Assembly (NCBI RefSeq): GCF_003704095.1
Contig: NW_020846109.1
Coordinates: 372,001-436,000 of the forward strand
Direction: 5' to 3'
DNA length: 64,000 nt
From: Pocillopora damicornis
Taxonomy: Eukaryota
Shown here: one piece after another, positions 23,301 through 36,462 of the stretch
How positions within the stretch are numbered: position 1 is the first letter of the stretch
Layout: the number at the start of each line of letters is the position of its first letter
Made by a program: the position numbers and the translations under genes
Notes under the pieces: model-generated
What the model saw: only the letters and a program-made list of their open reading frames with translations
Database searches by the model: none
What the model was told of the DNA's origin: nothing

Positions 23301-26300
23301 AAAGAATTTTTTTTTTTCAGAAAAGTGTAAAATGTCTGATCTTTGACCCTTTTTTTCCATGAAATTCAGACCTCTGTCAGCTTTCAGCCTTAAAAGGATA
23401 TCAAACTCTCAATTTTCTTTCCACTGGTAATGAACAGGGCAAAGAGAATGATTTCAATGCTGAAGAAATGCTTTCCAGCAGTAAAAGTGCTAAACTGAAG
23501 AAATATCAAACATGGTTTCAAATGTAACCTACAACTTATGTTTTTGATCAGTTCATTTTTCCAGCTTTACCCAACATGCAGCATTATTTGGGATTGGAAA
23601 TATAACAACGCCTTACCCCCCCTCCTACCTCCCCATCATAAATGGCTATATAGCACAATATTTCCCATTCCTGATGCCATATATCAGCAAAACCTTTCAC
23701 AATTTTGCCAAAATATACTTTAATATGACGCCTCACTTGAAAAAAACATGCAACCCTTATTGAATGCTAAATTTAGAACGAAAATGAAAAGGTGACATTT
23801 AATGTAACATCAAGAAAGTATTGTGCAATCAAAAGGAGACACATGTTTTACTAGGCAAGAAATTCAAGAATTATTAGTAACACAATAAATTAAAGACATA
23901 TTCAATGACTTCTTTTTCATTGAAAAAGTCTACCTTCTATAAGCAGGAGTAAAAGCAGAAATATTCAGTGGATTACAACTCAAACTTTGATTAAACAATT
24001 GTAATGAACAATGATTAAAACAAACTCATAGAAAAATGCCAAAAAGTAATTTTCACCGCATCATAATCAGTTTGAAACACTTTTATACCATGAAAACATT
24101 CCTTGTCAGTAACTTCCTACAAAAAGAACATCTACTGGATAAAATATTCTCTTTGTACTTACGTAATTTTCCCAAATGGCTGAAGAACGTTTATCAAGTC
24201 TGTTTCTTTACAACCGTCTGCAACTGCTCTACAGTGAATAACACGCGAAGGAGGTGTATTGTGATGTGCCGTAGAATTTAATGTCAATGATTGTGAAATA
24301 TTGAGACTTGAAGTTGATGTCAGCGCAGAAACAGATGAGCTTGGAGATAATGAATAGTCTGAAAAGAAATAGGTGCAATAATTATTTATGAACCCAAGAG
24401 CTCAAATAATGAAAACTAAATACATACAGATCTTGCTTGCCACACTCAAATCTTCTGTGTGGATGAACCCCCACAAATCTGTAATTACTAAGTAAGCAGT
24501 ACAGTGAGATGCAAAAGTCTTCACATTGATCAAGAACAAGACATATCTGTTTACAACTTGTTATTTCTGAAAAGAAGACTAAGCAGTAAGCTTTTTTTTC
24601 CTGAGAAAGAGTCAACAATATTTCTGAATAACAGGATTTTGTAATCAAGTGTATTTCTGGTTTTCATAATATTCTATAGATCTGATGACTTGCATTGTAA
24701 TTTTGGCAGAAACCACCACAACAAGCATACAGCTGTATAAAGCATCTAGATTCTCTGCAGGCTACTCAAGAACATTAAAATTTAAGCACTGTACACACTA
24801 AAGAAAAAATCCACTTTTACCTAAAAAACATTTTTCTGCCTGAGGCAAGCATTTGGCACTTAAATATAAAATCACTAAGTATTCATTTCTATCCAATAAA
24901 TGGAAGTTGAATGGGCACATGAACAATCACAGAGCTACAAATCAAACCAGTGCTTTAGAAACATCTGCTCAAAAAGCAATCAATTTTTACAGCCAAAGTT
25001 TTGTCTGAATAATGATATGTCTTGAAAGCAAAATTAAGACATAACTTGCACTTCTTCTTTTTTTTTTAACTGGCACATTTGCAAAGTGTCTAGAGCAGAC
25101 ACCAGTCACATACAGCTTCCTTTTAATTTAGAATTCAGATACATGTCAGAAGACTGGATATTAGAAATAATTTTTTATGAGGTCTTACATAAAAAATTAT
25201 GTACTGGGTATGAGAGATGAAAATAATAATAATAATAAAATTATACACTGGATATATAATTCTAGCATATTTGCAGCAAGTATAGAATGTATATTCCCCT
25301 TAAACATGTTCTTCATTACGTAAAAGACTAAAAGAAATTCAAAGTAATGGCCAAATAGTATACAAAAAAAATTGTGATAAAAATAATTGAACAAAATTGG
25401 TAACACCTGCACTATTCACTAAAGGAGCCAACTTCCCAAGTCAAATGCTATATAATGGGCTGTCACAAATTTTATTGATGGTCTTGACGAAAACGTTGGT
25501 TCTAGATAAGTTGGAAGAATTAAAGGCCATTTAACCGTGGACCATGACAAATGTGAATAATTTCACTTTCTCTTGTTCACTATTTCTAACCAGGGGGCCA
25601 TAATTACTGAGAGTACAACTGCATTTTTAAGTTTACCTAATAGATCCTTCTAAATGACAGAATATTGATTTTCTATGGTAGAAGCATAAGCAAATAACAT
25701 TTCTGAACAAATGAAAGTCTGAGACAAATGCAAATTTAGAACAGTCTGAAATAAACAGACTTTCTATTGGTTGAAGGATTCTGATGATTAAGTAATGCCA
25801 TTTGTCCCAGCATCCTATACACAGCAAGCTTTTCTTTAGACTGAATGACTGCAGTAGTGTTAGCACCAAGCTTAATTATGTATCATCTTAAAGGAAATCT
25901 TCCCTTCTCATTTCAATACAACATTGTTTTCAGAATGCATTCCTTGTGGTCAAAACTATATTGTGGATTAAATATAAGGAAATATTACCTGACTAAAAAA
26001 AAATGTACCTCTTTGCAAAAGACTGATAACAAGCAATGGTGCTTACTGGTTCACCAAAAAAAAAAAGGAAGGAAAACAAAACAAAAAAAGAAATTAGGTT
26101 TAGGAAAGGTCTAATTGAAAGGCCAAAAGCAAGTGTTCAAAGACATTCTTAGAGAGGAACAAGACACAACATCTAGGTTCTCTGGGGAAGAGCCCAATAT
26201 TTCCCTTTATCTCATCGCAGAGTCCTTAATTAACAAAACCATTTCAAGAATACTTATGCATGTGTTTTGATTACCAGAAGTCATTCAAGGTAAAAAACAA

Positions 26301-28077
26301 AATAATTCTGATAATTCTCTTCTAGAGAAAAAATTGAAACACCCTTTAACCGCTGAATTTTGATTTTTCAGTAGGATTATTTAAAAAAAAAAAAAAAAAA
26401 AGAAGGGAGACAGAATCAACCATTTAACACACGCAGGATAGATTTTTTTAAAAGTCTCTAATCAAAGTCAATTCATATTGATGTGGTATTTCGGAGCCAT
26501 AACAGAAGTGAAGATAAATGACATTGTAGTAAATCTCTTTCCATTCACGATTTAAATAATTTCCATATTCATGAATTCAAGTACATGCACATTCCAGGCC
26601 TATATTCCAAATATACACTCGTCGATGTGGATCGAAGAGTTTTATTATTCCTAGCCGGACATAGTTAACCAATAATTTCACGCTTTAGCTGTTGTCTTCT
26701 ACGGACTTAGAAACGAAAACACAAGTGCTAACAATTATCTGCTCGAGCAATAATTGTGTTCAATGGCTATAGAAGTGGATTTCCTTTATATTTTAATCAA
26801 AGTAACAAGAAAAGAAACAGCATTGTCAACAGAGAAAAATAACGGTTATCAGGACGCCGTGGAAAAAGGTAGAGTTGCAGAGCTTACGAGCCAGAACAGC
26901 GGCCCGTAAATTTATACTAGTAGATTAAAAACCCCGATTACTCAGCGAGAAAAGCCTCCACGATTTCTGCATGAAAGTAAACACGATATTGCTTTAAAGC
27001 TCGCTCATTAACATTTCCATTCATATCAGCAAGGCTAAAGAAGTGTACCATGTACAATTCACACGTCAGGCGATCTGCGATCTCTTTTGACTAAAGCAGA
27101 TTATCAGAAAATAAACAGACGCATTCCACGATTCGTTGTACAGCTGGTTTTCAATCCACGTATCAGTGAAATATATCCTTCTTACAACCTTTCAGGAAAA
27201 GCCGTGCCAGACATAGCGTGGTCATTGAGTCCGTAATAAATGACAAGGCACAGTAACAGCCTTCAATAGTGACATTTCCTCACGAATGAAACACGCACCG
27301 CTAAAGGTTCGAATGCGCCGGGTCCCAGAGCAAGCTTTTACTTGTTTTTTAGCCAAAGCGGTACAGCATTCATAGTTTATTGACTAAACGTGACATTCAT
27401 TTAAAAATAGATGAATTTCAAAGTTTAACAACAATATTAAGACAACAGACTAGGAGAAGCAGACGCGCTCAAAGGTAATAGTGTCCTAAGAACATTAAAC
27501 TCTTCTCGTGCACGCCCTTACTCAAGAACACATTACAGAGCTAATTTCCTCTCACGAATTCATTCTTGTGCCTAAAAGCCTATATGTTCGGCCGCCAAAA
27601 TGACGCTACAAAACAGATTACCCTCCTTTTACGATGAAACTGAGTACGCCATCTGAAATATTTATGACTTCTCGAGTAACGCATTAAGCGATATCAGAAG
27701 CGCAAAAGCTAAAAGGAAAGTCGCATACCGCTACCTGACGTCGAGGAATATTCTGTGCTGAAGCCATTCAGTGCGGTGTAAGGAATGCCATAAGATGCGG
27801 GATATGTGTACAAAGCTGCTGCGTCTGTTTGTCCACAAGGATACGTGTATGATGAGAAAGAATTCGAGTACGTGTAGGGGTATGAATAATATGCTGATGT
27901 ATCACTGACAACTGGTCCGGAATGTGAGCTTACGGGAGAGCTCACTGTGTCCGTTCTGTAATATCTAGCGAATTTAGATTCATCGAAGTTAGTTGCTGTT
28001 AGTCCACTATCCATTTTCGCCCGCTTGTTCGGGCTTTCGATTCCTGGAGTCGCTATCATAGCTCCAATGTCAGCCAT
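5312..28077 (-). CDS. HNRNPL: hnRNP L / hnRNP LL-like 4-RRM splicing regulator, 22 coding exons, ~766 aa
   Basis: Phase-consistent exons (5'->3'): 27735-28077, 24163-24358, 18142-18190, 16511-16549, 16042-16109, 14974-15070, 12817-12902, 12226-12322, 11917-11992, 11342-11395, 10676-10735, 10361-10432, 9818-9874, 9270-9422, 9004-9104, 8327-8448, 8055-8162, 7477-7505, 7061-7134, 6669-6723, 6134-6232, 5312-5577 (sum 2301 nt). Diagnostic hnRNP L peptides: PSRVIHCRAVADG..QALVEFE; RIVIFHKNGLQALVEFD..LNGQDIYAGCCTLKIDYSK..LNVFKNDDETWDYT; VLMVYGL..MNCERIFNLFCLYGNVVKVKF; MLHFFNAP..SSAGLLE..YTLKLAFS. Confidence 0.93.
6233..6668 (-). other. GC-AG intron (intron 20 of the hnRNP L-like gene, within RRM4)
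   Basis: Donor AAG|GCAAGA matches consensus at the other key positions. It gives FFSK-ANAKSSAGLLE, collinear with vertebrate FSGKSERSSSGLLE (recalled). The only nearby in-phase GT donor (CCA|GTTAAG, 9 nt downstream) is weak. Confidence 0.72.
7135..7476 (-). other. U12-type GT-AG intron (intron 18 of the hnRNP L-like gene, just before RRM4)
   Basis: Donor ATA|GTATCCTTT and consensus branch TTCCTTAAC followed by ttgtaactAG, with no long polypyrimidine tract. Splicing restores KN-RYQPP. Confidence 0.92.
7537..7852 (-). mobile_element. tRNA-derived SINE remnant interrupted by a MITE fragment (hnRNP L intron 17)
   Basis: Minus-strand head GGTGACGCGTTTGGCTTATGGTTAGCGCG..GGTTCGAGACC (A and B boxes) followed by TTGTGTTGTATTACTGGGCAAGACACCTTAACTCTC. 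MITE-like sequence occupies ~7593-7713. Related decayed copies at ~15505-15810 (-), ~33830-33925 (-) and ~45580-45675 (+). Confidence 0.62.
12323..12816 (-). other. U12-type AT-AC intron (intron 7 of the hnRNP L-like gene, within RRM2)
   Basis: Donor GA|ATATCCTTT, branch site TCCTTGAC, acceptor ..cattttcAC|ATTTGAC. Splicing restores the conserved QALVE-FDN. Confidence 0.93.
15269..15481. mobile_element. Same TTAA MITE family, hnRNP L intron 5
   Basis: CCCTTTAACTCCCAAGATCTC...TGGGAGTTAAAGGATTA; the body aligns by eye to the 36773 and 42913 copies. Confidence 0.75.
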
Positions 28078-28332
28078 GTTTTCACTGAAAAGTTTCCTTC
28101 TAATAACTACGATTACTCGAGTCAGCGGATAATAACAACAAAAATGTCTCGTTCCAGGCCCGCACATCTGTGTGTTACAACAATTGTGATTGGCTTAAAA
28201 TTGCTCGAGAATATTAACCAATGAGAGGTACTAATTAATGGAGGCAGTAGCCAGACATTTTGCTCGGATAAAAAACGCGCCATTTTGAAAAGACAGAATC
28301 ATCAGGCTGATTCATAAACAATCATAAAGGAC
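28078..28332. promoter_or_regulatory. Bidirectional promoter between the hnRNP L-like and RING genes
   Basis: 255 bp between divergent ATGs. Oppositely oriented CCAAT boxes (ATTGG 28189-28193, CCAAT 28218-28222), a YY1-type CGCCATTTTG at 28278-28287, and retained CpG. Confidence 0.7.
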
Positions 28333-31300
28333 ATGTCTCGTCCTTCAAAGGCCCGGAAAAACGCGGAAACTACAAATGGAGATTCCAAACACACTGATGA
28401 GCCGTCTAACTGTATAATTTGTTTGGAAAAAGTTATCTGTCGCGGAAAATTAAGCGTTTGTAATCACTGGTTCTGTTTCCCATGCATATTGGAGTGGTCA
28501 GAGGTCTAGACATTTTGTGAAATTTATTCATCGTGATGCTCTGAAATGTCAGGAGAATGATATCTGACTTATTGGATTCATGGATAAATGCAAATCAATT
28601 ATTTAAGCTTTCGCTAACGCCGAGCATGTTTTTATTTCTAGAACACAAATACCTGTCCGATATGCAAGGCCCGATTTCGATGCATAACAAAGGTAATACC
28701 ACCAAACATGCAAAAATCATGATTCGATTAAAAATAAATGTTTGTTCTATCAAGATCTTACACAGTGGTGAAGTTATTCTGATTCAGGAGCAAACAACTT
28801 AAATTGTATCGGATCTTCTAGATCGTTTTAAGCTCGCGGCATGTAAATTTGCTAAAGAATTTTGTTTCTTGTGCTTACGAGGTAGTTATTGATGAGTTAA
28901 CACTGGTGACGAACGTGTCGAAGAAGCGATTTAAGATATGTAACAGATGTGGGCCGATGCAGGTGTTACCCACAGGGAATGATTGAAATGAAAGCATATA
29001 GTTAATTAGTGGGAATACCTTTAAGTCAGTTTTACTTCAAAAGCCATTAACATCTCAACTTTAGTATTTTACTTTTACGTGGAATTAAGATTGCCGTGAT
29101 TATTAGTGGTCAAAGCCGTTGCCTGTTGTAAGTGCATGCTTTTAAACACTTTCCTTTTTGTTACCAATTAAAATGGGATGGAAAATTAATCCCAAGCCAA
29201 AAAGCTTATGTATATTAAATGAGTTTTAAAGCAAGCAGATGCTAGAAGTGTCCTCTTGCTTCTGAATGTATTCATAATGAAAAAAAATTACTGGATTTTT
29301 CAAGTGCAAGGTTTTTTTTGAGGTTTAAGCTAACCTCCTTTTTGTTACCACAGCTGTAGTTAGACATAATTCCTCAAGTGTGTTTGTAGTTAACTGTTAA
29401 AAATAAGATCTACTAGAAATTGCCTCACACCAAAGTGTTTCATTATGCATTTCAGGTTCATCTGAGCCCTTTCAGATCCCCACCAACAAAGGTCCGTGTA
29501 GGAGACAAGGATCAGAGAGTTTGGAATGATGATGATGAGTTAGTAGAGGAAGATATATTTGGTGCATTTGATTTGGATGATTTTGATGATGATTATGAGC
29601 CTTCTTCTCACTACAGTAACCCTTGGACAAGACAATCCAGGCAACAGGTTTGAAAACTTGATACCTTGAAGAGAAACTGACACTTCACTCTGTCATTTGC
29701 TTGATTTGACAGGTGTTTTCTCCTAATTGCCTGTAGATGACATTTTAAATTTTAAGTGATGGAATTGATTTAGTTTTCTTTATCTCACAATATCTGTTAT
29801 GCCACAAAATTAAACAAATTTATTTTGAAACAGTGATTACTGTGAAATTTGGATTTCAAATTTTAAACTTCAACTTTTTTAGAGTTCCAATGTGAAATTA
29901 AGGTAACAAAGTAGACTTTCTATTTATGAAACATTTGAATAGATTAATTAAATAACTCTTCATTTGTGACTCTAAGATGAATACCAATTTAGAGAGTTCA
30001 GGAGGAAGTCACATATGTGCTTCAAGCCAGCTGCATCTTAATGAGTATGACCTTGAAGATTCCTTTATAAATGATGACAACGATGATGATGAGCCCCTGT
30101 TTACAGCATATCACAGTACTGATTCTGAAGAAAGCAATGGCATAAGTCCATTTATAGAAAGAACCAGCCCATATCAGTTCCGAAACAGGCATGATCCAAG
30201 AACAAGATCTTCTAGAAGTTCAAGTGACATTAATAACAGGTATTAAATTGTAGTATATTTGTTTGAGACTTACAAAAAAGCTGCTACTCTTTAGGTAAAG
30301 AGTTCACAGCATTTAACTTTGTTAGACCTTGATAATTATTGTTTTACTTTTGAAATTACCTGTAAGATTGTTTTGAAATTTATGAAGGGGTTCCCTTTTA
30401 CACTTTTTTTTATTCAAAATGCATTTTTTTAATGAATAAAAAAATAGATAAGGTATTTTATAGTTCCATGACAAGAAGCTGGTATGATTTTCCAGTGTTC
30501 TCCTTTTCAAGCAGTAACCAGTAACATTTACCGCCTTTATTACCTCTTATTACCATTTAAAATTGCTTGGAATTCTTGAAAATTCGACTTGTAAAAGGAT
30601 TGCTTTACCAGTTTGAAAATTTATTTTACTTGTTATGCTTAAAATAGGGGAGAACACTGTTCTTCACCTAACCATCCATACTGTTAGAAATTTATTTTTT
30701 TAATGTAATTTTGTTATTTTATCAGAACTAGTGTCATAGTATACCTAATTGTTCAAAATAATTCTTAAATCTTAAGTTTTCCCAAAATTGAAGATGCATG
30801 CTCATCCCAAGCAAGTCTTGGAAGGTTTATAGTTAGCAGTGATGATTCACCAGGTAAGTGCACAGCCAAAGTAAGTAGTATGAAATATGGTCTTCACTAT
30901 AGTCTCCTCTAAAGATTCTTCAACTCTATTAGGGCTTCCCTTTTGTGATATCAAAGTTGTCTTTAGGATGTGACAGATAAAAAAAAAACTGTATCCCCCT
31001 GAGGTTTAGAACCCTACCCATCATCAGGCGGTCTCCTAACCAAGCTTCAGCAAAAAATGGGCTAGTTAGGCCATATAGGGTTCATACGTAGAAATAATCC
31101 TGCCTGCCACCAGGGTCAACAATATCTAAATTGAGTCCTGTCTGGAGATAGAGAGAGGAAGATGGTCTCACTCTTGATGAGCTCCTCACCCTCACTAGAA
31201 GAGGGGGAGTTTTTCATTTTTGATCCATTACATGTCACAAACAATGATTGCTAAGTTTAAATACATTAGAATCATCACATTTTCATGTTTGTAAAAAAAT

Positions 31301-33212
31301 ATTTTCAGACTTTAAGATTTCAGTCTCAGAAGTTTTGCTAGGATCCTTTTTTCATGTCACTTTTTCGTGTTTATAAGGGTTTCTTTACTGCAACTACATT
31401 TGTTTCTAGCCATCGATTACAACCATTATCTTAAAGCATTTCCTATCATGTTTTATTTAGTGATTTGTTGGTACTATAAAAATTTTACTCTTTGGTTAGA
31501 TGAGCTGAACAGTGACTGGGTACCGTTTGGCAATATTGGAAACAATTCAAGGACTAAAGGCAAGTCAGACAAGGTGAAAGCAAAGGAATGCTGTTCCAAG
31601 AGAACAAGAGCCTTAAGGAAGTCCAGAGCAAAAACCCCTAAGAAACACAAAGGCTGCAAGCAGAAAAGTAGCAATGGCAAAAGGAAAAGACAGGTTAGGA
31701 CAGTACTGTTGCAATGTTTGTTTTCTCAAAATAGTGAACGTCCAAAGGCAAACTTAAGTCTTTAAATCCCAGAAGCTATATAACCAAATTAACACAACTT
31801 CTCTCCAAACAAACACAGGTAACGAGAATAGACATACAGGCCAGTGATCTTGATAGTCAGTCATAAGCATCTATCTACTTGAAATATTACTACCTAAAGT
31901 GTGACTCTGCTGTAATTATCAATTGACTGACTTCTCATAATTTACCTCGGGTAGTTAGACTAAATAGACACCTTTGCATGTAATATCTTTAGTGGCTAGT
32001 TTTGTTCTCAGTAACATTATCTTACATGAACTGACTTAATAATATACAATACAGGTGGATGAGGAGGATTTATCGTTGTATTTTTTCTTTCAATTGTCCT
32101 TTTTTTCACAAAAGTACTAACCCAAATGTTGAATTTGATACATTTTGTTGGGTGCTAAAAGGTGGTGTAACCATGATTTGAAAATGTGCCAATAACTTTA
32201 ATTCCATTTTATTTTGTTCAACAGCAGTCTACAACTAGGAATGAAAGGACATCTTTAAGTCATGGAGAACCCGGCCAGTGTTCTATGGATGGCTGGATCA
32301 GCATGGCTTCGAAAAATGGAGAACGGCTTCCTTTGTCTTCATTGTCAACTAATCTAAGGACTCCTAAGTAAGGCAAAGATTGATTACAATATATCCTTAC
32401 TCAAAATCTGTAAAAATGGCTCTGTGATAACTATTCTGAAGGATAAATTCTCAAGAAAAGGGCAATTTCAAACACGTTTTGTTGAGCTGATATGTAAACA
32501 TAACTTTCTTGTACATGAAAAGTCATGAGATATTTATTATTAACTAGTAATAACTATTTGCATATTCTGAAATTCATTTGAATTTTAATCATGCAGGAAA
32601 AGGACTTACAAAGGAAAGAAAGCCACTAAAAATGAAGATAACTCAAATTATGGTGAGGTGTATGACAGAAGCAGTGCTTCTGAGGATGAATTTTTGATTG
32701 ATCGAATCAACAAAGGAAAAAAAATCAAGACTTCTGTGCATAGCTGGCAGGAAAGGAAACCTAAGATCAAACCTAAGATCAACAAGTTATACTCCAGATG
32801 GGCACAACAACAGGAATCTATCCCTTCTGCTTTAATGCCATCATCCAGTGTGACAAGTGATGATAGAGGCAAAATCAACTCTGTCGATGAAGAAGATTAT
32901 TCAGATGTTATATTTGTACACCCCACTCCTCAACCAAATGAAAAACGATCAATATTCACCAGAAGGAAACACAGGTCTCCTGGTACATCATTTGATAACA
33001 TGGATGTTATTACTAATAATCCTCCACATTCACAAATTCAGACACAATATGGACATAAAATTACTGACTCTCAGAGTGATACATGTCGTACTCGTGGAAG
33101 AACAGAGGCTAAATCACGACAGAAGAGTCCTATCAAGGCTACTATCTCTCCTGCTATTAAGAAGAGGAAAAAACCAAGGAGGGTGCTATTGCTCAGCAGT
33201 GACAGTGATTGA
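28333..33212 (+). CDS. N-terminal RING-HC (C3HC4) protein with a long acidic/basic low-complexity tail, 8 exons, ~568 aa; probable nuclear E3 ligase
   Basis: Exons 28333-28503, 28642-28692, 29456-29647, 29977-30239, 30777-30853, 31500-31693, 32225-32367 (NAGNAG acceptor), 32597-33212; phases consistent (1707 nt). RING: CIICLEKVICRGKLSVCNHWFCFPCILEWSE|NTNTCPICKARF, of PHRF1/SCAF11/TOPORS type. AATAAA at 33289-33294. Confidence 0.85.
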
Positions 33213-36200
33213 TTGAATGCAAGTTTTGTTTATACAGAAAAAATCTTCAAGTTAACAGCTCTCATTATGGGTGTCCTATTATTAAAGCAATAAAAAAAAA
33301 TTACTAATGAACATCATTGATCATACAATACATTTTCCAAAACTCATATTTTGAAGTACTTCTTTCCTTTATGTTAACAATTTGTTAATTAAAAGCTACT
33401 TCTGCCAATTTGATGTTTCTCTCTGGAAGAGATAAGTAAGTAAACTAAATTAAAGACTTTAGGCTCAAAGGTTATTATCAAAAATTCTTCTATTTTGATA
33501 ATATGTAAGATATGTAACAAGATCACAACACAGTAATGCATCAAGGCTTTGAACTTGAACAAATCTGTGTATTATTGCTTTTCCTTTGAATTATCGCTTA
33601 GGATCAATGATATTTGAACATGTGCTGCATTTCCTTGGTTAAAAAAGCAGCTACCGTAATTAGGGAGGAAACCAACGTAGAGTTTCAGATACAAGGATGT
33701 TTTGAAATGAAATGCTACCCAAATGTACTACAATATTACAGTATAACCATCTTCCAAAAGCAGTATTACTGAAACCAGCGTTTTTATTTTAAGGTTTTTG
33801 TGCAAGGTGGGGAGGGGGGGAAGGAGGAGAGAATGCTGCAGTAGTCCATTACAGGTTACCCTCTCGATTGGCCAGCACTCAGTTGTACTCCTTCATAGGG
33901 AGAGGTAGTGTTACAGTAAAGGATATTTTGAATCCTAAGTGACTAGCATCTAATTTCTCACAATATCACCCCTGAATCAAACATTAAGGTCATGAGAATA
34001 AAGGAAATGAATACTAACTCAAGAAGCTCTGGACTGTTGACAAATTCTCCTCATAAGCACCACAGGAAATGTGTAGAGGACAGTTTGGAGAATAATACAT
34101 ATCAATTTAGGGGGTTAACTGAGGAAAAAAAAACATACTGTGCCTATGAACAAACCTGAACCTTATTAAGGAAACAAAACTCCATTGCTGGGACAAAGAA
34201 AAAAACAATTTTTAAGGTACTGTCAGTGATTGCACTTGGTTTGATATTTCAGACAAAACCAAAGAATTTTTTTAATAAGCAAACATTGACCAGTCTTTCC
34301 CTATAAATTTCTTTATTTGTGCAGCAAACATACTCTGCATTTAAGCATAAGAATATCAAATATACAGTCATTTAGCTTATGCAAATTTTTTAGTGCAGAC
34401 ACAATCATTACAGCTCTTTACTGAAACCAGACATGGATATTATGTACATCATATTCACTAGCTTTAAAATTTTGGAACACTTTTATTTCAGTTCTACCCA
34501 CTGATTAGATTTCACCGTCTGACTAGTCCTGGAATCAGTAAATGAACTGTAAGTTTTCTACCACTGAGAAGTATTGTAATAACTCATTTACAGTAATATT
34601 TATCATGAAATTATCTATGGTTAGTTTTGCTATGAATGAAATAGCTGCAAGTATAGCTCTGATAATGACAATTTTTAGAGCAAAGAAACAAAGTATAAGG
34701 ATGCAAGTTGAGGTAAGTATCACTTTCAGACCATAGGTTTACAAAAAGGAAGAGACTTAAATTTCATGAGTTGACATAAAAAAAAGGAAGTGAAAAGGAA
34801 AATTGACACCTAAGAGGGTCTCTTGGTAGTTACAGAAGTAAAGAGAAAGGTGTATATCTGCTGCTTACCTTAAAAGCAACATTTCTTTTGTCTTGTTACA
34901 AGATGTTAAAGAGATGTCAGTGGTGTTTCAAAGTAGGCATGTTTAGGAATACCATTTTCCATCAAAGAGTATGAGAGAGATATAGTCATGAGTGGTATTG
35001 GTATATAGAAGTGTGGTGGTTTTGATAATCTGGGGGAGCAGCCCAGTGAATACCCACCCCCTCTGACTAATTTGGACTTCCAGATAATGTCCACCTTGGA
35101 GAACTTTACACAGATTTTACAAACTTGTGTTCAAAGACCTGTTTCCTTAGATAGAAGGTGAAGCTGGTTCATACTGCAACCAGAAGGGTTTTGAAAACTT
35201 AATAGAAAGTTTGAGTAATACCTCAAACTTACAGAAAAAAGCTATCCTTTACATATAGCAAAAACAAAATTTAAAAAATTACTATGAAATATGAGCTGAG
35301 TTATCACTATGGAGCACCGGCCACAAATGCAAAAATACAATAATTACAACAGCTTTAACTAAACTTGTATACCACTAAGTAGTTGGATTTGTATGACAGC
35401 AATCATGCTTCTGTTAAAATGTACATAACCTTAAAAAAAAAAAAAAAACACTTATTTTTAATTACAATGTAGCATTATTCTGAAACTGGATTCAAGTTAA
35501 TCAAATATTGTAATATTATAATATCTTCCTATTAGTAATTAAAGAAATCAACAGTTCATGATTTTTTGTTACAAGTGACAAACAAATCAATATTATATTT
35601 AATTATTAGTATATGTAAAGTTGCCTTAAGATTCTTTCTTTATTGCAATGTGTGTGTTGTAGACCATTATCTTGAAAATTGGAAAGTGTTCTTTCACAGA
35701 ATGTAAAAAAAAAAGGGCACTAAGTGGTAGGTGTCACTTAGTGTCAAGGTTCTTTTGTTCAGCAGAGAACTTTTGAGAGATTTTGCAAATGGCAGAATTT
35801 TTTTGTTGATTTTTTTGGCTACAATCTTATTCCAATGTGTACCCACAATTTTTATAAAGCCAGATTGATCTTGTGAAAACAAATTTCATATATAACACAG
35901 TAGCTAAGATGACAAAGAATGGAGTTAAGCCTTCTCATGTCATGATATTCTCTATCTGTCATTACGTTGCTCAAATTTAGGTCAATAAAAAATTAAGGGT
36001 TATTATTCATGTGGCTTCACCATCTTGTTACTACAAGGTGTGAATCTAGATTACTTGTTGGCATCAAAATGATGTGCTGTAAGCAAGCCCCAAGCAGGTG
36101 AGCTACATACTACTTCATAACAATGAATATACAATAAGCAGTGAAAAAATGTATATCACCATGAACAGATACAATGTACATGCAAACATTAATATTTCAT

Positions 36201-36462
36201 AACCTCTATCCTACACTTCCAAATGAATAATTTTACAAGAAAGTTACACACTTAATGCCTTATTATCAATTTCTTATCAAATCTGAGATATTTTTTCAAT
36301 TTGTTAAACAGCAGTAATCAGCTCACAAGAGTGCTAGTAGATACATAACCCTTTAAAACCCTGCTAATGATAAAGAACTTGTAACAGAAAATATTGGAAT
36401 AACTAATATCAAATTTTAGAGTCGACTCTAGAAGCAATAACATACTACAAACTCTTCAGAAG

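Noticed and set aside
28078-28167. In-frame upstream ATG extending hnRNP L (MCGPGTRH...)
   Set aside because: It lies in the shared promoter close to the CCAAT boxes, has a weaker context than AACATGG at 28077, and shows no protein-like conservation.
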